Source of the DNA: Candidatus Heimdallarchaeota archaeon
Lineage (GTDB): Archaea; Asgardarchaeota; Heimdallarchaeia; Heimdallarchaeales; Kariarchaeaceae
Length of the DNA: 32,000 nucleotides
NCBI GenBank assembly: GCA_030149205.1
Contig: JASBSB010000007.1
Coordinates: 120,001 to 152,000 of the forward strand
Direction: 5' to 3'
Both the position numbers and the translations under genes were made by a program. Within the stretch, counting starts at the first letter, position 1; each line of letters starts with the position of its first letter. The notes beneath the pieces are model-generated. The model did no database searches and had not been told where the DNA came from. It saw nothing but the letters and a program-made list of their open reading frames with translations. This document shows, in pieces, positions 1 to 8,311 of the stretch.

Positions 1-34
1 TAATTTGAAAGAGGAGATAACTGGCATAAGTGAC

Positions 35-1543
35 TCATATAACTATGGTTTTATCAGAATATTTCTTTTCAACGGTAAATACATGTTTATCCTCATGGAC
101 TGGCGACCAAACCTGTGCAAAGAAGGGACTGTGTTTGGCATAATCCGCAAAATCCCACATTGTTCTTTCACATTCGTCACACCAGTGTCCTCCTTTGAGT
201 ATAAGATTTGGAGTCGCTGTAAATTCATGTCCTTTATGACATTTCCAAATGAGGGGAGTAAAGAGGTCTCCAATTCTCATTTTTTCAGAAACACAGTAAC
301 CTCCTCGAAATTTTGCTGCTGCTTGTACATCGCCAAGTGTTAGTTCGTTTATTGGTTTAGATTCATCATACCCATGATCAAGGAAGGTCATATCTTTACT
401 GGGCAGATATAGTTTATAACCCTCCTTCCAAGATTTAATATTATTGTAGTCGTTAAGTGACCCAAAGAAAGTGTTAACCCAATCTTCGGCATTATTATCA
501 AGCATCCATTTAACCCCTCCATGCATTTTGTTCATTTCTTCATATCTCTTTTTCAACTTATTTTCAATTGAAAATAATTTTGGTAAAAAGGGAAAAACTC
601 CAAAAATCCTTGTCCAACTCCTTTTTGAATTAAAATATACATCGGGATTTAGAAATCGAAAATTCACGATGTTATTTAAATTATCAGAATCTGTGAACCA
701 CTGCCCATGAAAATTATAAAGAGCGAAGTCTTTTGGAGAAAATATTTTACGAATATCAAGCCCTAATGGATCTAAGTTTAATTTTAATAGTTCCCAGTAT
801 GTAAACCTCCACTGGTCCCCACCACCCACGTTATATGCTTTTCTCCAAAATGTTTCAGGAATCCAATCTTCACATATATTTGCCATAAGTACCCCGGATT
901 CTTCAGCTGTGATCCATTCTAGGACATTATTTAAATTCTGATGAAAAATAGCCACATTTGACTCAGTTGTTACCGGAAACATTCCAGTCTGTCTGATACT
1001 TACCCATTTTTTAAGTCCAGATTCAAATACAGCTCTTTCAGCTGCAATTTTAGAGGTACCATAATAATCAAAAACAGAGCTGTGGATCGGGTCTCCCACT
1101 CTACCCCAGTGTATTGGAGCTCGTCTACACCCTGTCTCACCCACAGTTCCAATATAAACCAATGCAATTTCATTAGAATTTGAATTTTTTCGAATAGCAT
1201 CTATAATACTTAAGGTAGAACCATAGTTTACCATGAGAGTCTCTTCAGGATATTGATCTGCCATTGGGGAAACCATTGCCCCGATATGTAACACATAATC
1301 GACACCTTGGACACATTGTTCAATTAAATCTGCATCTTTTAAATTTCCATAAAAAATTTCAATATTTTTATTCCGTGTGAATGGTGATATTAACTTTCTA
1401 TCTTTTTTCGAGTCGAGTACCAGAAGTCTAAGTCTAAAACGGTCTTGTCGTTTCATAAATTCCTTAAGGGTTGCCATCCCCATTGTGCCAGTTGCACCGG
1501 TAATGAACACAGTTTTCTTCCTATTCACAACATTCACCAACAT
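35..1543 (-). CDS. NAD-dependent epimerase/dehydratase (extended SDR) with C-terminal Cys/His zinc-ribbon-like domain
   Basis: GATGTMG Rossmann motif, catalytic YGTSK (YxxxK), C-terminal WKCHKGH...HWCDEC. ATG at 1543 preferred over TTG 1576. Confidence 0.8.
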   Translation of the reverse strand: MLVNVVNRKKTVFITGATGTMGMATLKEFMKRQDRFRLRLLVLDSKKDRKLISPFTRNKNIEIFYGNLKDADLIEQCVQGVDYVLHIGAMVSPMADQYPEETLMVNYGSTLSIIDAIRKNSNSNEIALVYIGTVGETGCRRAPIHWGRVGDPIHSSVFDYYGTSKIAAERAVFESGLKKWVSIRQTGMFPVTTESNVAIFHQNLNNVLEWITAEESGVLMANICEDWIPETFWRKAYNVGGGDQWRFTYWELLKLNLDPLGLDIRKIFSPKDFALYNFHGQWFTDSDNLNNIVNFRFLNPDVYFNSKRSWTRIFGVFPFLPKLFSIENKLKKRYEEMNKMHGGVKWMLDNNAEDWVNTFFGSLNDYNNIKSWKEGYKLYLPSKDMTFLDHGYDESKPINELTLGDVQAAAKFRGGYCVSEKMRIGDLFTPLIWKCHKGHEFTATPNLILKGGHWCDECERTMWDFADYAKHSPFFAQVWSPVHEDKHVFTVEKKYSDKTIVI

Positions 1544-1661
1544 CCACACCAAAAAATTAGAGAAGTGAATAATCAACCAAGAAACAATGTTTAAGGAACA
1601 GTTGAGTCTCTCCTATTAAATTCAATCTATGTTTATCCACACATAATTTTATTTTAAATAA

Positions 1662-1676
1662 AAAAAAAGATTTTCG
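1662..1676 (-). promoter_or_regulatory. putative BRE-TATA promoter element
   Basis: Minus strand CGAAAATCTTTTTTT. The identical 15-mer occurs at 28683-28697 upstream of tRNA-Asp. Confidence 0.35.
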
Positions 1677-1899
1677 TATTTTTCTATGAAAGAGTGTGAT
1701 TTTAGTATATTTATTAATTGTAATGAGATTCTTCTTACAAAATTGAATTTTTTATGATTTAAGCAGAAATTAAAAACCATGTCGAACTTCCCTATGTAGA
1801 CCAGTAAGTCTGTTATTATGTTTAATTTTTGTAAATCAGTTCAATATTTGAAATATTTGAGAAAAGACAAGGTTTTATTCTATCAGGGAAATCAAAATT

Positions 1900-2316
1900 A
1901 TGCTTATTGTCAAAAATAAGAGGCTGGGGTTTTCATCAGCTCACATTACTCTTGAAGATGGAGATTGGCGATTACACGGTCATAATTTCGAGGTCGAAGT
2001 TCACTTGGATCTGAAGTATAGAAGGTGTGGAGTTGAGTTATATGAGGATATCAAGGGTATTGTTAACAGATTTGATCATAAGGTTATTCTCAACGATGAT
2101 GAGCTAAAAACAAGCAATGGAAATTCAATTGTTGAAAAGGGAGGTGAACTATTTTCATTTCCAAATGAAGATGTTTTAGCTATACCGGCTACAACAGACA
2201 CTTTTCAAATCGGCTGTGAGCTTTTTAAATTGTTATCTCAAGAATTTCCAATTCAACGGTTAATCATATCAGCAGATGAACTGTATTGGCATGAAATTTC
2301 CTCAAATGATTTATGA
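1900..2316 (+). CDS. 6-pyruvoyl-tetrahydropterin synthase (PTPS/QueD) family protein, divergent
   Basis: FSSAH...RLHGHNFEVEV and FDHK motifs. Lacks the catalytic Cys upstream of HGH. Confidence 0.75.
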   Translation: MLIVKNKRLGFSSAHITLEDGDWRLHGHNFEVEVHLDLKYRRCGVELYEDIKGIVNRFDHKVILNDDELKTSNGNSIVEKGGELFSFPNEDVLAIPATTDTFQIGCELFKLLSQEFPIQRLIISADELYWHEISSNDL

Positions 2317-2937
2317 ATTTATTGTTTTTCCATACCTTAGAGCAATTCTAATAGCGGCCTCCTCATGTAAACTTCTTCCATTTGAAGACTTTAGGGAGGT
2401 TTTGGTCTCATTAACAATCTCCAAGCGAGAAAAACGTGAAAACTCTTTGAAGAGTAAATCTACTACATCTTCATTAAATTTGCCTCCACCATCACCAATT
2501 TTAAAGATAAGTTGATCAAAGTCAACTAATTTTAATTGTTCTTTTATCCAGTGTAGCATTTTCTTGAAATCTTTAAATTTAGAAGTTGTGATGATGCTAC
2601 GTCCAATCAATATACTAACTCCAGTGGTTTTACCAGGGTCTACTCCGATGATACAAGCAAAGTTTGATTGGAGATGAAAAATATTATTGATTTTCGCCAT
2701 TAATGTTGTTAGATTAACAAATTTTGCATCTCGAAATTGAATAACACGTGCTGTTTCTAAAATGTTAGAATACTCCCCAACTTTTGTAATGACAACATCC
2801 CCCACTTTAATTTTTGATTCATCTGTAAAGTGCCTAATTGTAGAAAATTTATCTGTTAGAAGAGTACGTAGCTTATACGCCAATCTAAAATCATTTGTGA
2901 GAATTATAATTCTCACATTAGTGTTGTCCACAATCAT
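2311..2937 (-). CDS. predicted RNase H-fold (YqgF/RuvC-like) nuclease
   Basis: IIGVDPGKTTG, KIGDG, IVNE and HEEAAIRIA motifs. Confidence 0.6.
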   Translation of the reverse strand: MIVDNTNVRIIILTNDFRLAYKLRTLLTDKFSTIRHFTDESKIKVGDVVITKVGEYSNILETARVIQFRDAKFVNLTTLMAKINNIFHLQSNFACIIGVDPGKTTGVSILIGRSIITTSKFKDFKKMLHWIKEQLKLVDFDQLIFKIGDGGGKFNEDVVDLLFKEFSRFSRLEIVNETKTSLKSSNGRSLHEEAAIRIALRYGKTINS

Positions 2938-2985
2938 TACTTAGACCAAGACTTTATGAAACCTTCTCTAATAGAAACGAACAAA

Positions 2986-3336
2986 CTACTGTAGGTTAAT
3001 TGTTTCCTCAGCATAGGAATCTTGGTCTTCCCAGACACGAATGGTAATTAATTGCAGGTTATCTGTATCAGGTAGTAAACGGAAGTCATTTAACAAATGT
3101 AAAACTATATTTTCCGCAGTGGGTTGTGTTATGATATCATTTAAAGTAATGTGATCATATTTGTAGATTATCTCTTTGATTTTCGTGAAGTCAATAATCA
3201 TCCCTTCTTGATTAATCTGGCCCTCTAACTCTACTTCAACAAGATAATTATGACCATGCATCCTGACGCATTTACTTTGATATGGGAGATCTAATTGATG
3301 AGCACTTGAAATTTCAGCTCGGTAGTAAATTTTCAT
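2986..3336 (-). CDS. queD: 6-carboxy-5,6,7,8-tetrahydropterin synthase
   Basis: SSAH...CVRMHGHNY (CxxxHGH), IIDF, YDH, PTAEN, VWE motifs intact. Confidence 0.85.
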   Translation of the reverse strand: MKIYYRAEISSAHQLDLPYQSKCVRMHGHNYLVEVELEGQINQEGMIIDFTKIKEIIYKYDHITLNDIITQPTAENIVLHLLNDFRLLPDTDNLQLITIRVWEDQDSYAEETINLQ

Positions 3337-3396
3337 AATTTTATCTAAGCGAAAATTATTAAGTCCTTTATGGTAAATTCAATAATTTGATTAAAA

Positions 3397-3729
3397 TTAT
3401 TCCTCATCGATCTCTGAGATATTCTTTAACAACTTAACTATAATCTTTAACAATTCAGCCTCATCTTTATTTATTATGGTATCTCGATTTGAAACGTTCC
3501 AGGTGTCTTCTAGGATCTTTGATCTCATTATTTTAAGTTTCTTTGTTTCATCTTTATCCATTATATTATCAGCAAGTGCTTCTTCTAGATATTGGTAAAA
3601 TTCCTTTAATTTTATTTCAACTTCATCAATTATGGCTGCTTCATCATCAGTGAGTATCCCATCTTCTAGGGCTTTTGTAACCAAATCGTCAATTAATTCC
3701 TCATACAACTCTTGAGGTTTTTTCTTCAT
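3397..3729 (-). CDS. small acidic helical protein with three internal D-x-I-x-x-x-E repeats (TerB/EF-hand-like)
   Basis: Repeats ALEDGILTDDE, ALADNIMDKDE, SNRDTIINKDE. Similar to 10944-11255. Confidence 0.6.
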   Translation of the reverse strand: MKKKPQELYEELIDDLVTKALEDGILTDDEAAIIDEVEIKLKEFYQYLEEALADNIMDKDETKKLKIMRSKILEDTWNVSNRDTIINKDEAELLKIIVKLLKNISEIDEE

Positions 3730-3858
3730 TAATTGATGGTATGTTAAATCTTCTTAAATTATCTTAATTTAAAATAGCAAAATTCAAATTAATTCAAATT
3801 TCTTTGTTCGGTTCAATTGAAAACCCTATAAACTTGAGATTTTAAGGTAATGCGATCG

Positions 3859-4866
3859 TTAGTTCGAAAATAGTTCTTCATCCTCAGCAGAAGTATAACT
3901 AATTATAAAGAGAGTAAAGAAAACTACAGCAGCTATAACTATTACAGCACCTTTGATAGCCAGAGACTGACTAACAAAATTCACTATGGTAAATACAGGT
4001 ATCATTATAAATCCAACTCCAGAAGAACTTCCACGTGACACCTTTTTTACCCTAGAGAGTATAAATTCTAGAATTCCTAAAACCAGTGCAAGTCCATTTG
4101 CTATTGTAAAAATTATACTTTTCGAATCCTGAAGATAAATTAAGAGCAACAATAAAAATAGACCAAGTTTGAGAAGATAGATAAAGCCATAATTAATATT
4201 TGAACGATTTCCATATTCATAGCTACCAATCATTAGAAACAAGATAAAATCACCAATTACAATTGCAATGGCAAGACTCAGTCCAAATCCAAAAAGCAAA
4301 TCAATATTATTCAACCAAATCTGAAAAACAATATTCCAATAATCTAAATAATGAACATAAAATGCCCCAGCAATCAGGATGGGTATAATTGATAAAGCTA
4401 ATGCAGGAATAAACCAAATAAGCCATGAGAACTTCCCAATTTTCATTTTATGAGACATGATTCTTATTACAAGAAAAATTACGAGTATTGTTATCAGGGG
4501 GCTCCCAAAAGGCAGAATTATGAAAATCAGAACAAACAGTGCGTTCACACCATAAAACAATTTTTGATCAATTCTAACCTTTCCAAGTGCCCTGCCCATT
4601 AATTCATAAGTATTTGCAAGTTTATTTGCTCGTAATATGCTAAAAATTACACCTGGAAGAGCAAAAAATATGGGTATTCCCAATATAACAGTAAGCTGTA
4701 TATATAGGTGATTTAGGTGAAAAAAAGGAATGAGGTTTAGAAAAGACTCCAAGTTCTTAATTAATAGCTCGTTCCAAAGTATTGTATAAATTATAAAGTA
4801 CGTGGGAATGAAAATTATTTGAAATAAGACGAGAAGTCTATTTATTAACAACCCATTAAATGACAT
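3859..4866 (-). CDS. multi-pass membrane protein, unknown function
   Basis: 335-aa ORF with many hydrophobic segments. Confidence 0.7.
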   Translation of the reverse strand: MSFNGLLINRLLVLFQIIFIPTYFIIYTILWNELLIKNLESFLNLIPFFHLNHLYIQLTVILGIPIFFALPGVIFSILRANKLANTYELMGRALGKVRIDQKLFYGVNALFVLIFIILPFGSPLITILVIFLVIRIMSHKMKIGKFSWLIWFIPALALSIIPILIAGAFYVHYLDYWNIVFQIWLNNIDLLFGFGLSLAIAIVIGDFILFLMIGSYEYGNRSNINYGFIYLLKLGLFLLLLLIYLQDSKSIIFTIANGLALVLGILEFILSRVKKVSRGSSSGVGFIMIPVFTIVNFVSQSLAIKGAVIVIAAVVFFTLFIISYTSAEDEELFSN

Positions 4867-4952
4867 ATTCTAACAAGGATAAACTAGTATAAATAATTAT
4901 AATATTACTTATAATAATTAAGTAAGATTCAGATTGGAGATTACTTATCTAT

Positions 4953-4966
4953 CGAAAACATTAAAG
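4953..4966 (+). promoter_or_regulatory. putative BRE-TATA promoter of tRNA-Ala
   Basis: CGAAAACATTAAAG about 25 nt upstream of the tRNA 5' end. Confidence 0.5.
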
Positions 4967-4990
4967 AGATGCATTTTATGAAAGTATATA

Positions 4991-5082
4991 GGGCTGATAG
5001 ATCAGGCCGGTAGATCGCTTCGCTTGCATCTATTTTATAGAAAGAACCGAAGAGGCCGCGAGTTCAAATCTCGCTCAGTCCA
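4991..5082 (+). tRNA. tRNA-Ala(TGC) with 18-nt intron at 37/38 (5029-5046)
   Basis: Acceptor GGGCTGA/TCAGTCC with G3:U70, D stem GATC/GATC, anticodon stem CTTCG/CGAAG, T arm GCGAG-TTCAAAT-CTCGC. Intron hairpin CTAT/ATAG. Confidence 0.9.
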
Positions 5083-5184
5083 TTTCAAGAATAATTCAAT
5101 AGATTAGGATATAAAGCAACATCAATTCCCTAGATTTATTTACAGAGTAATTTATTTCAAATTGTGTCAACCTTTCGTAAGTTT

Positions 5185-5400
5185 ATGAGTTCTGTATACG
5201 ATGATTTACTTAATAGTAAGCAGTTTATGTGGATTATTTATGACTTGGTTATTTTGGGAGTGGGGATTGGTGGTTTTTCATTGTTTTATCATAAGGGATT
5301 GATCAGTCTTTCCAATGCGTTATTATTTGGCGTCGCCTGGTTTGTTGTTGTAGTTATCTTCTACCCTCCAAAAAGAATTCGTTCTAATGTACTGGTCTGA
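5185..5400 (+). CDS. small two-TM hypothetical protein
   Basis: Two hydrophobic helices. ATG 5185 preferred over GTG 5164. Confidence 0.5.
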   Translation: MSSVYDDLLNSKQFMWIIYDLVILGVGIGGFSLFYHKGLISLSNALLFGVAWFVVVVIFYPPKRIRSNVLV

Positions 5401-5789
5401 AATAGGACGAGACCAACATCTTCCAGTGATCCATTTATTCTAGGAATCCAATAGCCCACACCTAATTCGATGAGTTTATCTGCAAATTTCCATTGATGGA
5501 AGGATGGTTCTGGAAAATCAACAGTCCAATCTATAAGATTTGATTTTTCTGTTGAAAAGGTCTGTCTATAACTCGCTATAGAATTAACCCTCTTGTTATT
5601 CATTAATTCAGATTGAGCTTTGAGGTCTTGAGAGCTCAACAAATGGAAGTTTGTGGTTATTCTTTCTGATGAATGTGATAATAAAACTTTAACTACGGAG
5701 GATTTGATTTCTTTTATCCAAGTTGGATCCAAGGATAATTTATCAATCTCTTCAACCTTGAACTTTGTTAGGTTTGTTATCAATTCCAA
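5361..5789 (-). CDS. hypothetical protein; frame stays open to 6053 without ATG/GTG/TTG
   Basis: ORF track gives 142 aa from TTG. Manual translation shows 88 more stop-free codons upstream. Confidence 0.55.
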   Translation of the reverse strand: MELITNLTKFKVEEIDKLSLDPTWIKEIKSSVVKVLLSHSSERITTNFHLLSSQDLKAQSELMNNKRVNSIASYRQTFSTEKSNLIDWTVDFPEPSFHQWKFADKLIELGVGYWIPRINGSLEDVGLVLFQTSTLERILFGG

Positions 5790-6099
5790 ATAATTATCAT
5801 GAATCTGAGGAAGAAAATTTTTTAGTTGGTCTCCAAACTCAACTATAAACTTTCCAAACTGATCACTACTAATTGAATATTTTAATGAATAATTAAGTCT
5901 GATGGACTGTCCAACATAATATTTGAAAAGTCTAAAATCTTCATTTTTTGAAATAACTTTAGAAAGAGAATAAATTATCCAAGCATCAATATATTTAGAA
6001 TTCGATTCAAGAAAATTTGTGATTGAGGTAATGTTATTATTAATGTTGTAAGTTTATTTGTACGTTATTAGTTGTTTGTGGTAATATAAGCTGAGAATG

Positions 6100-6627
6100 T
6101 TACATTCTCCTTCCTCTTCTACCACCTTTTCTTCTCATACTGTCGTGTGGTAGGGGAGTAACTTCATCGATTCTGCCAATCCTCATGTTAGCACGGGTCA
6201 AGGCCCTAAGTACTGCTTGAACACCTGGACCAGGAGTTCTGCTTTTGTTTCCACCAGGTGCTCTAATCCTGACATGAAGTGCATTGTATCCTTTGTTTCT
6301 GGCTTCTTCTGCTGCTGCGTAGGCTGCTCTCATCGCTGCAAACGGTGAGGGTTCTAACCTGTCAGCTTTGACAAACTGGCCACCAGATTTTAATGAAATG
6401 GTTTCTGCTCCAGTGATATCAGTGATATGAACGAAAGTGTCATTATATGATGCAAAAACATGTGCAACACCAAACCTTAAGGGTGCCCTTTTTGAAGTTG
6501 GTCTTTGAGTTGAACTGGGATCAGTAGATTCTTCTGCAGGTTTCTTATCTTCAACAACATCATCGATGGTTTCTTCTACAACATCGTCTTCTACTACATT
6601 GTCGGTTTCTGGTTTTTCATCACTCAT
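6100..6627 (-). CDS. rps11: 30S ribosomal protein uS11 with acidic N-terminal extension
   Basis: [41 protein letters not shown]. Confidence 0.97.
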   Translation of the reverse strand: MSDEKPETDNVVEDDVVEETIDDVVEDKKPAEESTDPSSTQRPTSKRAPLRFGVAHVFASYNDTFVHITDITGAETISLKSGGQFVKADRLEPSPFAAMRAAYAAAEEARNKGYNALHVRIRAPGGNKSRTPGPGVQAVLRALTRANMRIGRIDEVTPLPHDSMRRKGGRRGRRM

Positions 6628-6628
6628 T

Positions 6629-7243
6629 TTAACTTCGACCTCTCCTACCTCTTGATTTTGGTTTTTCTTCGGTTACTGGTTCTTCAATCTCACCATTTGT
6701 CTCTGCAGAGGGTTCTTCGTTGGAAGGCTTTGCTAGAGGTGCCATTGGGTGTGATGGATTGGTGAACGGGGAGAACTTGTACATCTTAATCTCATTTTCC
6801 TTTGTCTTTGGAACTAAGAAGCTAGGGACATTGATAATATGTCCATTATACTCAATATGTCTGTGTGCAATAAGTTGACGAGCTTGATGAATTGTTCTTG
6901 CGTATCCTAATTCAAATACCAATGTTTGAAGTCTCCTTTTTAGGAAAGCTTCAACATCTAGTGCAAGTATATCATCTGTTGTTGCATCTTCTCCTAAGAT
7001 CCCGTATCTGATCAGCTTAGCTAAAATTACTTTACCTCTCTCTTTTCGTTCCTCAGGATCCAGAGCAAGAAGGTTTCTAGCCTCTTTTCTGTATGTCCCC
7101 AATTTGGTTCTCATCATCCAGAGTTCTCTTTTGTTACGCAACCCATATTTTCCCACTAAAACTAATTCAGATTCTAACCTTTGTTTTTGATAAGGGTGAC
7201 CTGGAGTAGTATATTTCTTTCTTCTACGTTTTGGATCTCCCAT
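6629..7243 (-). CDS. rps4: 30S ribosomal protein uS4 with acidic C-terminal extension
   Basis: [37 protein letters not shown] 7243. Confidence 0.97.
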   Translation of the reverse strand: MGDPKRRRKKYTTPGHPYQKQRLESELVLVGKYGLRNKRELWMMRTKLGTYRKEARNLLALDPEERKERGKVILAKLIRYGILGEDATTDDILALDVEAFLKRRLQTLVFELGYARTIHQARQLIAHRHIEYNGHIINVPSFLVPKTKENEIKMYKFSPFTNPSHPMAPLAKPSNEEPSAETNGEIEEPVTEEKPKSRGRRGRS

Positions 7244-7247
7244 AAAC

Positions 7248-7712
7248 TTAACGCTCCTTCTTTCTGGACACACCTAATGAGCCCTGATTTCTGCCTGTTG
7301 ATTTGGTTCTTTGTCCACGAACCCTTAGACCTCTAGAGTGTCTTATACCTCTCCATGATCTTTTTCGGATCATTCGATCAATATCTGTTTTTATTTGCAA
7401 CAATAAGTCTGATTCAAGAATTAACGCGTTTTCCCCTGTTTCTGGGTCTCTTTGTCTGTTTAACATCCATTCAGGTATCCCTGCAGCTATTGGATCTGCT
7501 AAAGCTTCTTCAATCTTTTCTACCATTTCCTGTTTTAAGAATCCAACTCTGACATTCTCTGAGATACCTACTGCTCTAAGAATAGCACCAGACAACCTCA
7601 TAGATACTCCACGAATATTTGTCAAGGCGAACTGAATTGTTTGATCGCCCGGAAGGTCGTTACTATGGATTCTGACCAGGTGTCGAAAATTAGCATTACT
7701 AAAATCTTCCAT
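7248..7712 (-). CDS. rps13: 30S ribosomal protein uS13
   Basis: WRGIRHSRGLRVRGQRTKSTGR. SD GAGGTG precedes ATG 7712. Confidence 0.97.
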   Translation of the reverse strand: MEDFSNANFRHLVRIHSNDLPGDQTIQFALTNIRGVSMRLSGAILRAVGISENVRVGFLKQEMVEKIEEALADPIAAGIPEWMLNRQRDPETGENALILESDLLLQIKTDIDRMIRKRSWRGIRHSRGLRVRGQRTKSTGRNQGSLGVSRKKER

Positions 7713-7796
7713 TTTTTCCACCTCAATTAGAAGTATAACCTCAATGGCATGTAAGAATTAAAAAGAGTTAAGATGGGTATCGCGAAAATATAGAAT

Positions 7797-8150
7797 TTAT
7801 GATCTAAAGAATTTTTCATAATAACCTGGTTCACGTGTTCCAAGGAATTTTCCATCTCTAACCAACTTTTTATATTTTTGTGCATCTTCTTTTGAGAATT
7901 CATTCTTTGATAATAGAAACTCTATAATCTCATCTGCTTCTGCTACAGTTTTTGCTCTTGAAAGGTAATCTTCCACTCCAGGTGTAAAACCTCTGAGAGA
8001 AGAACTTTCAGACGAGTTTAATCTCGTGTTTGCTTCATCTGTGTTAAGATATTCACGGTAAAGTTCAGGGTAATTAACTTTCAAGTTTTCTAGTGTCACT
8101 CCAACCTCACTAGAATCTGGTTGAGAGTCTAAGTTTTTTCGGTTCAACAA
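7797..8150 (-). CDS. DUF2095-like conserved archaeal protein
   Basis: GFTPGVEDYLSRAKT..EA.EIIEFL and REPGYY resemble DUF2095 (from memory). Confidence 0.6.
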   Translation of the reverse strand: MLNRKNLDSQPDSSEVGVTLENLKVNYPELYREYLNTDEANTRLNSSESSSLRGFTPGVEDYLSRAKTVAEADEIIEFLLSKNEFSKEDAQKYKKLVRDGKFLGTREPGYYEKFFRS

Positions 8151-8311
8151 TAATAACTTATGATCTCATCATTTTAATTTATCGATTCGGAGATTAATTG
8201 AAATTTAGAAGAATTTAATTTAATTATCATATCTTTGTGTAATTAATTTACATCAAAGTTTAGTAGTTTAACATAAGGATTTTAGAGGAGTGCATTTGAA
8301 ACAGGGTATAA

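Noticed and set aside
5-1568. Plus-strand and alternate-frame ORFs (5-343, 43-273, 471-710, 1000-1200, 1377-1568)
   Set aside because: Shadow ORFs of the SDR gene.
1577-1899. Long AT-rich spacer as a possible repeat array or origin
   Set aside because: No regular repeats, ORB boxes or neighbouring cdc6 gene were seen. It is consistent with divergent promoters.
7303-7635. Antisense ORFs within rps13
   Set aside because: Shadows of a conserved gene. The same applies to other short ORFs nested in pgi, vWA, MoxR, moaA, moaE, folP, glyA and rpl6.
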